From: Camelus dromedarius
Taxonomy: Eukaryota
DNA: 64,000 bases
Direction of reading: 5' to 3'
NCBI RefSeq assembly: GCF_036321535.1
Contig: NC_087437.1
Location: forward strand, 85,190,001 to 85,254,000
Part shown: positions 51,981-64,000 of the stretch, piece after piece
Position numbering within the stretch: the stretch's first letter is position 1
Layout: each line of letters opens with the position of its first letter
Made by a program: the position numbers and the translations under genes
The notes under the pieces: generated by a model
Databases searched by the model: none
The model's input: the letters and a program-made list of their open reading frames with translations, nothing else
What the model was told of the DNA's origin: nothing

Positions 51981-53879
51981 AATCAACATCCTTTTGTTCT
52001 TTTCTGATGTATTCTGTTGAGCTACAGTGAGTCTTTGGTGTCAAAAAGAAACTTAAGGAGTGTTTTTAGGCATATTTCAGGGGCTTCCGTTACTACATGG
52101 CTTTCTCCTTTCAGGGATTTTTGCTCCTCAATTTCCAGCTATGTTGAGACCCCTAACTATATCCTATGATTTCTCTAGTCAGTAAAACTGTGGCTTTCTA
52201 TGTGAGTTTAATGCATTAAAATAAAAATATGTCAGCATAAATCTCACTCAATGAGTGTGATTCCCTTTTCAAGGGTTAAATAACCTCCAAGATTTGCTTG
52301 GTTTTGGCCCTTCACCATGACTTTAAATATTTTTTGTTTGAACATATGTACTTCTGACCTTATAATTGCTGCTGGAATATTAGTGTGGTACAAGGTACTC
52401 CACCATTACCTGAACTGACTCTCTGGGGTTATTCTCTATTCTATTTTTTTAACATGGGGTATTCTGTTCCTTTTGGCCTGAAATAACCTCATGAAAATTC
52501 CTCAGGCCAGTATGTTATTTATTTTGTAGCCTAAAGGTAGATTTCTGTGTGCTGTTTCCAGTGTTTAGATGTCTATACGATTTAGAGCTGCTCATAGGCT
52601 ATTTTTATACCCAGACAATAGGTTAGCATAAAGAGTGTTCATTAGCTTCAGTCATTATTAAAACCATCTGTTCCTTAAAGCCATTTAGTGCATCGTGATT
52701 TTAAAAAGGTGAATTTTAGGGTGAAATGTCAGGGGTTGTGCTCTGTGAAAACTGCCTGAACACAAAAATTAATGCCCTTCTGAATAAAAAAAAATATGTA
52801 CTACAACATCCTTTATTTATTAGATTTATGCATTAAATTAGTTCAGTTTCTCACCTGAGTGAAGGTTTTCAATTATATACTTTAATAATGAATAATCTTG
52901 ATACCCAAGGTGGACAGCTAAGCAGCTAGGTGACCATTAATCAGGCGAAGCAAAAGGTACACCATAAAGAGTCACTGTGAGCCAGAAATGAGCTTGCTAC
53001 TAACTGCCATCCTTGGCTGCAGGAAAAGCCTTGCTGTTGAGAACAAAAGGTGTGGGAAGAAAATACTTCCTGAAGATCTGTGCCAGAGGCTTGCTTTAAA
53101 AAAAAGATATTGCAGACATACTTGCATAACTGATATGATCCACAAATCTAAAATGATAAATTTTAATTTCAAGTGGTCTGCCCAAAGTGATGCTCCTAGT
53201 AAAGCAAAAAAGTCAGGGTTCCAGTAATTTAAAAGTCAGGTAGCTGGTAGGATACCAAAAGAGAATGGCATGGATTCATACAATTTCCAGAATGCAAGTA
53301 TGTCACAAGCTGGACCTGAGCCATCACCTATTGGAAAGTGCCATTTGCCTCTACCCTCAGCCTTGTCATATGAATTCCCCCATATTGGCTTGACAAGGAG
53401 TTTCCAGAGCTACATACTAATTCTTTACTAGCAGGGGAAACATAATGAGTTGTGATTAGGAATCAATGATGCATTTCTACAATTCATATATTTTTTATTT
53501 CAAAATATTTTATTTTATTTTAATTCATATATTTTTATTGGTTTTATTTCAAACCAATTCACAAAGCAATTTTATACAAAGGGAGCTGAACTTCAGGAGA
53601 GGTTAATATTTTATTGACAGGCTATCAATGACATAATTTAGCACAAGTAATGGCTATATGAATTCTGTTTAGACTTTGTGGATGTTAGTGATTCATAAAT
53701 ATCTGATGTGTAGCAATATCACAAGTAGTAATAACTAAAAGGGTTTCTGATTCTCCAGCAAATATACATTTTTAGTTTATGAAGGATAACTATCATTTTT
53801 TAAGATTAATTTTTTGCGTTTATATTATATATCAATTAGGCCATTTAATCTGGCAATAGAAATAAAGCAAAACAATTTT

Positions 53880-55932
53880 AAGGAAGACATCCCAACTGGT
53901 TATTTACAGATAATAATCCCTTGTGTATAGAAATTTGTATAGGATCTCCAAAATGTGACCCAAACTAATAAATGAAATTAGCAGTTTGGAGAACACAAGG
54001 TCATTTTGTAGAAGCATCTTTATCTTTATAAATTAACAACAGCAAAAAAATTGTAAATGACTTTAGTAAATCACTACCACATGTAACAGCGTAAGTATAC
54101 CTGGAATAAATAAAAGTTTTGCAAGGTTTCTAGACATGACATTAGAATGTATGACTGGGAAAAATTAAAGATGCAAGTAAATGTAAAGATATACTATATT
54201 CATTATTTGTAAGAGGACATTTTCATGATATCTATTCTGCTAAATTAATCCATAATTTCAATGCAATCCAATTCAAAATACAGGCCTGTATTTTGGAAAA
54301 ATGGACAAGTGGTTTCTAAACTTGGAAATGAAAAGAATGCAGAAGTGCGAAGATTTTTACAGAAGATAATCAAAGTTGGAAGACTTAAAATACTTGATTT
54401 CTAGTTTTGTTATAGAGACAATGCAATCAAGAAAACACTGAATTGGCATAAGAATAACAAATAGATTAACAGAATTTATAAATAATCCAGAATAGAACTA
54501 TACATATATGTTCAATTAAGTTTTTTACATATTTGTCCAATTCAGTTCATTTGACACCTTTCACCTAGTTTTCAAGTCAAATCAGTTGAAAGGCAGACTG
54601 TTGAACAATTGGCATTAACAACTAGGTATCTTTCTCACAGTGAAAAAGAATATGAAAATGTAAATATGTATAGTCATGTATGACTAAAAATTTGTGCTGT
54701 ACACCAGAAATTGACACATTGTAAACTGACTATAACTCAATAAAAAATTAAAAAAACAACTAGGTATCTTTATGGGAAAAATACATTGTGGTACCTACCT
54801 CATTCATTATACATTATTCTTATATATTATAAAAATAATTTAAAATAAATAATTATAGAAGATAAAATCACAAATATGTTAGAATGAAGCAATAAAATAT
54901 CTTTACAATCGGGGTAAATTTTTTAAAACAGTACATAGAAAGTGCTAATCAATATAAAATATTTTTCATATCAAATAAAATGTGTTTGCTAATTCAAAGA
55001 CAAAGTAAGAAGTTTATATGAGTCAGAAACTGGAAAAAAATATTTTATTATGTATATTTGTTTAAAAAACTTGTATCCCAAATTAAAAATATGCTACTAA
55101 TACTCCTATAAAAATACCCCTATAAGTATTCCTACAAATCTATAATAAAAATAAAAATAACAAATATTGGCAAAATTATGAACAGATGTGTTACAAAAAA
55201 GATGTAAGAATATCCAATAAAACATGAAGATGTGCTCAACATCATTATTCATCAAGAAAATGCAAATTTTACCCACAGTAAGAGACAATTTCATTCACAC
55301 CAGAATAGCTAAAACCAAAAGCGCTTAGGTTGTTACATGGTGGCAAGGACTGACACAATTAGAACTCTTGTACACTGCTGGTGGAGAAAAGTTATACAAC
55401 CACTTTGTGGAAACCTGTTGTAATTAAAGATGCACCTGGCTTATGACCCTGCAATTACTCTTCTTGGTATTTAACCATATAAATTTAAAAAGAGGTTACA
55501 CAAGTATTTGTATACATGTATTCATGGGAACCTATAATTGGAAACAACCCAAATATTCATGAGATAAAGAATAAGCACATTATGGTATATCCATGATATG
55601 GAATAATATTTAAGTAGAAAACAAATTATAGACAAATTCAACATTGTGGCTGAACAAAAAATAGTATTTTGAACAAAAGGAACAATACATACATACTAAT
55701 ACGGAGAATTTATTCACTTAGAGGCGACACTAAGCAATAGTGATAGCAATCAGAAAGCAACTGACTCGGGGCAGTGGAAAAGACTGAAGAGGAACTTGTG
55801 GGAATTTCCTGGGATTATGGATATTTTGCTATATGCAATTTATGGCGAAGCTTACATGTGTGTATACAATTGTCGAGGCTCATCAAACTAAATATTTCTT
55901 GTATGCATGTTAGAGCTTCATTACAAAAAAAA
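53880..55932 (+). mobile_element. Old LINE-1 ORF2 3' half plus 3'UTR (L1ME/MD-like)
   Basis: ttatttacagataataat, caaagttggaagact, gatgtgctcaacatcattattcatcaagaaaatgcaaatt, ggaaacaacccaaat; ends in an A tract. Confidence 0.85.
54634..54754 (+). mobile_element. Younger ~120-bp LINE-1 3'-terminal insertion with a perfect 17-bp TSD
   Basis: TSD aacaactaggtatcttt at 54617-54633 and 54755-54771; AATAAA plus A tail; resembles the reverse complement of 61160-61260. Confidence 0.93.
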
Positions 55933-56418
55933 CTATGAAAGAACCATTTTGAAAAAGTCTGTACCACAATTCTTGGAGAATACAAACAGTTTACACCAAT
56001 TCTTATATTGAACTTCTGATGTAAATTATTTAAGATTATCATTATTTTCAGTACTGTGTTTGGGGTGATAAATCAGAATCGGCTATGCTTAAGGAAAACA
56101 AAAAGTATACATGAGTACCTCTATCCAATTACTTGAAATTCAGTGCACAGGGTTTTTGTTACTGCTGTTGTTTAGTTTCAGATTTAGGGGGTGATTGTTT
56201 TTAAACACAATGAAGTCCATGGTAAAAAGTGTCTTAAGAGTCAGTTTATAGAAGTTGCATCTCCTCTTCATTTTGAAAGGCCACATATCCATAATTTTCA
56301 TTAAATTCCTTTTATTTTCCACAGTTGCCCACTTTTCTAAGAAACTATACAAATATAGCTGAAAACTTTGGATTAAAGATACACAGACTGTCATTTATTA
56401 ATAGCCATTATTTTTTAC

Positions 56419-56451
56419 ATATATATATATATATATATATTTTTTTTTTTT
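56419..56451. repeat. (TA)n followed by poly-T
   Basis: Read directly from the sequence. Confidence 0.9.
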
Positions 56452-59400
56452 GGACACTGAATCAGGTTCTAGGATAAGAAAGCAATATGGCTAGTTTTGA
56501 TTATATAACATAGATTGAAAACTAACTAGCAGGGATATTTGCCCCTATGTTCTATTTTTTTTAGCTAAGGTGATCTCTGCTAGCCCATTAACTATGTTGT
56601 TTCTTCTTTCATTAGATTGAAAATATTTCCATCACATTTTAAAACTTGACTATATTGTCTTACCTCCACTTTGAATTCTCATCGAGCCATTAAACATCGT
56701 AGTCTGTGTACCTTCTTGGTGTGTCCATCTCATCTATATTTTCTGGGCATCTTTCCACTTACCTTTCCATTGCATCCTCTGTACCTGGAGAATTTCTTTC
56801 TTTTTCCATCTGTTAAACTAATTCTTCCCACCAGGAATGATCCTACCAGAAAATTAAACTGCACCACCATCTGTTTCTCACAAGTAAACAACAGAGAGTG
56901 TACCTTTGAATATACCGTCAAATGTCTATAAATTATTTTCTCATTTTACATGACCACATAAGCAAAAAAGCAAAGCCATTAATTCTCATGTCATTCATTG
57001 ACTATTATAAGACCAAATACATCTTTAATATTTTTTAAATGTACAGTTTTTCCCATCATAGTTATATCACTAGTTTCTTTTGTTCAGGTTATGTAAGTTA
57101 TGATTTTATAATGTTATTAGGCATAATCATTTTATAAGAAAGAAACTATATGATTATGGCTACAACTACTTTAAATTTGAGTTACTTAATGAAACACTAT
57201 TTTGAGTTAATGTCCTTCTAAGAAGACACATATGCATACAATTTGTAATCTTAATTGGTAAAATTGCATCATATTTAATAAGGCTTATATTTGATTAAAA
57301 TTCACATTATAGGATTAATGAACCTAAATCACTTTGGAATTTCATAATATAAGCATGTGCCTAAATACGTATGCAGAACATGTAACATCTTATTTTTCCC
57401 AAAATAAAAATTAGCTAACATGAGAAAATTAGATTGAAAACTGAAAGTAAAATTCCTTTAATTGCTATATTCCAAGGTGTTAATAATTTCTAGATATAAA
57501 AAATGATAGCTTCTGAGTAATCTTTTAAATCATGTTTATCAATGCATAAAAATGTATGTACCACCGAGGATCTCCACACATCTACAACAATCAACATCAA
57601 TAGTTACATACAATTAAAATGCAGAAAGCAAGTTACAATTGTCATGGGTTACTTGATCCACACTGAATAGACTGCCTTCTCATTGTGATTTTTCCTTCTT
57701 CCTGAACTCCAGCTCAGTTTTTGACATCTGATTTTGATGAAAGAAATTTAGTCCTTCTAGTATTGCATGCAATTCATCCCCATTACTATATCTGACTACA
57801 TAATGAGACATTTGGCTGTGCAATATTTGACATGTTCTCTGAACCCTCCCTAACCTACAGTGTAGTGGAAAGGCACTTATCCACAATTTGAGCACCTACC
57901 AGGAGGCAAGAAATGTGTTTGGCACTTAAGGGCATAGACACAAACAGTGGGTTTTGTCCTTATTTTTAAGTATTAACAAAGTACAAAAATGACAGCATTT
58001 ATTATAACATGAAAGTATTGAGGGTCATAGGAATATAACACTGAAAGGATTAAGAAAGTCCACACTAAGGAAAATGGATTAATGAACAATGAATAATAGT
58101 TGTGTTAAAATACAAAAAAAGTGAAGGATATAGGCAGAAAAGAATATAGATAAGGATGAAAGAAATAGTCTGGAATAGTATAGGGATTAGAATTAATTCC
58201 GTATAGTTTTGGAGTATTGCTGGTTTTGACTTTTGATTAACTGCTAATTTTGATAACAACCCTCCTCTGTAATTTTTCTTTCTAGCTTCTGGTTTCTGGG
58301 ATGGGTTAGATAGACTCCAGGGTCAGCAGAGACTAGTGCCTGCTTCCTCTTGGTCCTCCTCATCCTCATACAGTTAATTACCTTGATCGCGTTCAGCTTG
58401 CCATAAGACAGTATAAAATAATGATTATTAATTATTAAACACTAAAGGGAAATATGATACCTTATGCATGTAAATAATCCACTTATACAATTTCACTAAA
58501 ATACAAAAAAAATTTTCAGAAATTATAAACTTGCACTTTGAAGTTTCAAAATACCAGCTAAGGAGTCACGATAGTAGACAAGCAACATAAGATGAAAATT
58601 CCAAGGAAGAGCCTTAAGTGCACTTTGCAAATAAAGTACTGACGAAGTGACAATTAGACTATTTGGAAAACATTCTTACATAATTTCATTTCCAACATGT
58701 CCCTTTCATGAATAGTTTTCAATATTAAGAGTTGGTGAATGTAATATGTTCTTTTTAATGTTATTTTATTGACTATTTCCATTACTGCAAAATAGAAAGT
58801 GAGCCAAAGCTGGAAACAGCCTCTGCATGATTTACTGTAAAACAGATTTCCCACTACTGCTGACACTATAATGCAAACTTCTTTGCTCACACATTGGCTG
58901 AGAAAGCTTAAAACTCACATAAAATACACATTTCAGGACTTCCATGGGAATTAAAACAAGCAGCTATAAAATGCTTCTTTTAAATGAATGAATACATTTG
59001 AAATGTGTTTCTGTCTCCTTAAGTGTAATTTTTCTTGATGGCTAAAGTCGTATCAGCCAGAAAGATTCAGTGTCATTATTCATTAACATGCATATATTGA
59101 GTACTTACTCTGTCAGAATATGAAGATATGATACAGGCTACGGAAAGAAACTGACTTCGAAATGGACAATTTACCACAGAAGGGCAGGCAGGTGGGCGTA
59201 CTGAACAAAAACATATTTTCAAGATGTGAAAACACCTGTGTGAAAATGAAAATAAAGTAACTGATATGTTTTGTTTACAAAGCAAGTGAAATCTACATAT
59301 AATAATTTAATTTCTGAAAAGTATTTTATGAATATCTACGATTGGTTCTTTAAAAAATTTCTGTTTCTAATTCCCCTTTGAAATCTGATAAAAACTGTTG

Positions 59401-61140
59401 ACCCTGCTGAACTCAACCTGACTTTCTTTAACCAAAGCCTCTGCACATGATACCATGCCTGGCAGGCTCCAGGCTCAAGATGAAAGTCAACAGTTCACAG
59501 GCTGTTCCTTTTGAACAAATAGGAACCTCTGGCACCCCACCAATCTGACTTTTTGTTCAAACTGTTTCTTAGAGGCTTTTATCTACTTTAATTTGTATAA
59601 CTATTACTTTTTTCATCCTAAATAATTTAGTTTGCTCATTTGTATATTTTACTTTAATATATCATATAATTTTACTTTTACTTATTTATTTCTCTATAAT
59701 AATAATATTCAATCTATTATTGTTTAAGCCATATTACTACACTTAGGTGTTTACCTACCTGTCAGGAGCTCCACTGAGCTGGAAGGAGTCAGAGGTATCA
59801 ATTAAAGCAATAGCAAGCCAAAATGAAAGTTGAGATTAAGCCCTTAATCACTTAGTCTGATAAGAAAAGCAAGAAGTTAAAACTGGAGAAAGGGCCAGCC
59901 CCTCCCTCCCTTTTCTATATTCTCCTGTGGAACAGTTGGGATTACTGGTCTGAGCCTCAGGTAAAACATTCATTGCAGATGTGGGGTCTTCTCACTGTCA
60001 GGGGTAGCCCAAATAAAAGGCTTCTGTAGTCTATTGGATACTGAGGCCAGGGGGATGGCAAAAAGAGAGGGCTAGAGATATAAAAGTACTGAACACTGAA
60101 GAGAAGTGTCTTCAAGATTTCTTCCTCCTATCCCCATAGAGAGGCCTTGGCAGAGGAGCTTGGACGGGGCATGGATGACTGCCTCAGATCAGGAGACTTA
60201 GGAATAAAGGTGCCAATGGCCTCAGATGATAAGGGCTAGGAATGCAAATACACGTAACAGCACGACTGGCCTGAGAAGGCAGTGCACTGTCTGTGCACCA
60301 AATCTGGGTGGGAGGGCAGACGCCCTTCCCCTGTTCCTCACCTTCCTTCGAGTCCTGTCTGGTAAAGGCTTTGTATTTGCCAATAGTCAGGCCTGAAAAA
60401 GTCACACACAAATTTTAACCAGGAGCTGGACTCAATTCCATTTTTTAATTTTTCAAGACCTGAGCAAGAATTTGGCTACCCCAACATGGGCCCAAATGGA
60501 TTGGACTTAAAGAGTCTTTGACAAAAACTGATTCATTTGCCTGAGGTTAACAGAGGATCATGGTCATAATCAAAATTAATCCAGTAGAATGATCAGGCCT
60601 TCTTGCAGGATTGAACAGAACCATGGAGCCCAGCTGCCTCCAAGCCACAAAATAAGTCACAGAGCCTCTCTGGATCCACTTGGATAACCCCCAAAGTGTT
60701 ATTTTTTATTAAGTTACTGTATGGATATTTTTATGTGGCCCAAAGCATCAGTTCGGGTACAGCTCCACTCTGGCCAGTAAGTTGAGGCTGAGCAGAATGT
60801 CTCTCAGGGACAAGGCAACATCATGATCAGCAGGGTGTATACACAAGAAGTGTGATCACAGAGGAAATGCTTGGTTCCCCTAGAAAGAAAGAGTTTACAG
60901 CATTAAGGCATGTTAAACAGGATGTTCATTAAGCAGGTAGTTGGGGTAACAGGCCCCCAGTGTGACCTCCCATCATGCAGCCTCCTGCACTGGGCTTCCC
61001 GGTTCAGCTCCAATCATTCAATTTAGTTTGGTCCTTGGTTTCTGAGATGGTCAGTTTCAAATAGTGGTGTTTGCCCTTGACATGAGTTAATATGCTTCAC
61101 TGTAGATGGAAATACTATCCACTGTTGTCAGGCTTTGTTC

Positions 61141-64000
61141 TTTATTTTATTTATTTTATTGAAGTATAGTCATTTACAATGTGTCAATTTCTGGTGCACA
61201 GCATAATGTCCCAGTCATACATATATATACATATATTCATTTTCATATTCTTTTTCATTAAAGGTTATTTGAAGATATTGAATATTGTTCCCTGTGCTAT
61301 ACAGAAGAATTTTCTTCATCTATTTTTATATATAAGTTAGTATTTGCAAATCTTGAACTCATTTATGTATCCCTTCCCACCCCCTTTCACCCGGGAACTA
61401 TAAGATCGTTTACTGTGTCTGCAAGTCTGTTTAAGTTTTATATATGAGTTTATTAGTACCTTCTTTTTTCTTTTTTAGATTTGACATATAAGTGATATAG
61501 TATGATAGTCTTCTTTCTCTTTCTGGCTTAATTCACTTAGAATGATGATCTCTAGGTCCATATATGTTGCTGCAAATGGCATTTATTCTCTTTTATGGCT
61601 GAGTAGTAGTCCATTGTATAAATAGACCACAACTTCTTTATCTAGTCATCTGTTGATGGACATTTAGGTTGCTTCCATGTTTTGGCTATTGTAAATAGTG
61701 CTGCTATGAACATTGGGGTGCAGGTATCTTTTTGAATTAAGATTCCCTCTGGGTATATGCCCAGGAGTGAGATTGCTGGATCATATGGTAAGTCTATTTT
61801 TAGTATTTTGAAAATACCCATACTGATTTCCATAATGGCTGCACCAAACTACATTCCCACCAGCAGTGTACGAGTGTTCCCTTTTCTTCACACCCTTTCC
61901 AGCATTTAGCATTCATAGACTTTTGAATGATGGCCATTCTGACTGGTGTGAGTTGATACCTCACTGTAGTTTTGATTGGCATTTCTCTGATAATTAGTGA
62001 TATTGAGCATTTTTTCATCTGCCTATTAGCCATTTGTATGTCTTCATTGGAGAATTGCTTCTTTCTGCTCATTTTTGGATTGGGTTTTTGTTTGTTTGTT
62101 TGTTTGTTTGTTTGTTATTAGTAAGGTTGTATGAGCTGTTTATGTATTCTGGAAATTAAGCCTTTGTCAGTCTCATCTTTTGCAAATATTGTCTCCCATT
62201 CCATAAGTTGTCATTTTGTTTTGCTTATGGTTTCCTTCCCTCTGCAAAAACTTGTAAGTTTAATTAGGTCCCATTTGTCTTTTTTTGTTTTTATTTCTAT
62301 TGCCTGGGTAGACTGCCCTAGGAAAACATTGCTAAAATTTATGTCAGAGAATGTTTTGCCTGTGTTTTCTTCTATTTTTACAGTGTCTTGCCGTATAAGT
62401 CTTTAGGCCATTTTGAATTTATTTCTGTGTATGGTGTGAGGGAGTATCCTAACTTCATTGATTTACATGCTGCTGTCCAGTTTCCCCAACACCACTTGTC
62501 TTTTCTCATTGTATATTCTTGCCTCCTTTGTCAAAGATTAATTGACTGTAAGTCTTTGGGTTTATTTCTGGGTTCTCTGTTCTGTTCCATTAATCCATAT
62601 GTCAGTTTTTGTGCCATAGCCATGATGTTTTGATTACTGTAGCTCTGAAGTATTGTCTGAACTCTGGGGAGTATTGTTTTGGCAATTCTGGGTCTTTTTT
62701 GAGTCCACATAAATTTTAGGATTATTTATTCTAGTTCTGTGAAAAATGTCCTGGGTATTTTGATAGGGAATCACATTAAATCTCTAGATTGCTTTAGGTA
62801 GTATGATGATTTTTACATATTAATTCTTCTAATCCAAGAGTATGGAATAGCTTTCCATTTTTTAAGTCATCTTTAATTTCCTTAATCAGTGGTTTGTAGT
62901 TGTCTAAGTCTTTGACTTCCTTGGTCAGATTTATTCTTAAGTATTTTATTGTTTTGGATGCAATTTTAAAAGGGATTGTTTCTTTACTTTCTTTCCCTGC
63001 TATTTCATTGTTAGTGTAAAGATATGCAACTGATTTCTGTATGTTAATCTTGTATCCTGCTTCCGTGCCAAATTCTTTTATCAGCTCTAGTAGTTTTTTT
63101 GTGGAGCTTTTAGGGTTTTCTATATATAATATCATGTCATCCACATATAGTGACAATTTTACCTCTTCTCTTCCAATTTGAATCCTTTTCCTTGCCAGAT
63201 TGCTGTGGCTAGGACTTCCAAGACTATGTTGAATTGGAGTGGTGATAGTGGGCAGCCTTGTCTTGTCCCAGATTTTAGTGGGAAGCTTTTGAGTTTTTCA
63301 CTGTTGAGTACTATGCTGGTGTAGGTTTGCCATATATAGCTTTTATTATGTTGAGATACATTCCCTCTATACCCACTTTGATGAGAGTTTTTATCAAAAA
63401 TGGGTGTTGAATTTTATCATACGCTTTTTCTGTATCTATTGAGATGATCATGTGGTTTTTGTCCTTTCTCTATTGATGTGATGTATTACATTGATTGATT
63501 TGCATATGTTGAACCACCCTTGTGTCCCTGGGATGAACCCCACTTGATAATGATGTATAATCTTTTTTATGTGCTGTTGGATTCTATTTGCTAATATTTT
63601 GGTAAGGATTTTTGCATCTATGTTCACCAATGATATTGGCCTGTAATTTTCTTTTTTGATAGTGTCATTGTCTGGTTTTGTTATCAGGGTGATGATAGCT
63701 TCATAGAAGGAGTTTGAGAGTATTCCCTCCTTTTCAAAGGGAAGGGTTTCAAAAAGGATAAGTATGAGTTCCTCTGTACGTTTAGTAGAATTACTCAGTG
63801 AAGCCTACATTTGTTTGTAGGGAGGTTTTTTTTACTGCTGATATCATTTCATTTCTAGTTACTGGTCTGTTTAGGTAGTCTGTTTTTCTTGATTCAGTCT
63901 TAATGGACTGTATATTTCCAGAAACTTGACCATTTTTTCTAGGTTGTCAAATGTGTTTCCACAGAGGTGTTGCTAGTATTCTCTTATGTTTTATTTTGTT
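61141..64000 (-). mobile_element. Younger LINE-1 (3'UTR plus ORF2 C-terminal and RT domains), running off the window; frameshifted
   Basis: ORF pieces [91 protein letters not shown]. Confidence 0.97.

Noticed and set aside
61141..64000. Active LINE-1
   Set aside because: ORF2 is broken into several short frames by stops and frameshifts
1..64000. Prokaryotic-type systems (CRISPR arrays, operons, rRNA)
   Set aside because: Mammalian repeat-rich DNA with no repeat-spacer array or operon-like ORF density

Overview
AT-rich, repeat-dense mammalian nuclear DNA with no intact protein-coding gene that I can support. The two non-transposon features are (1) an old ~945-bp nuclear mitochondrial insertion (NUMT, ~6489-7433) holding the COX1 3' end, tRNA-Ser(UCN), tRNA-Asp and most of COX2 in mitochondrial gene order, and (2) an intronless, disabled CTAGE/MIA2(cTAGE5)-family copy on the minus strand (~46717-48138). 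The rest is mostly LINE-1 of several ages (mainly minus strand, including three copies that keep their 5'UTR and a younger copy running off the right end), ERVL-class internal/LTR remnants, MaLR LTRs, Tigger/MER8 and MER5-type MITEs, MIR/L2 relics and microsatellites. I saw no Alu, B1/B2, Bov-A/Bov-tA, PRE1 or SINEC elements; with the L1 3'-end style this suggests a camelid-like cetartiodactyl (inference). I found no convincing novel biological system. The best leads are a probable L1 3' transduction with a TSD, an inverted repeat placed symmetrically around the NUMT, the two-lesion CTAGE-like gene with possible upstream exons, and a CpG-rich patch inside an ancient LTR. Repeat subfamily names are by-eye recognitions and most boundaries are approximate.
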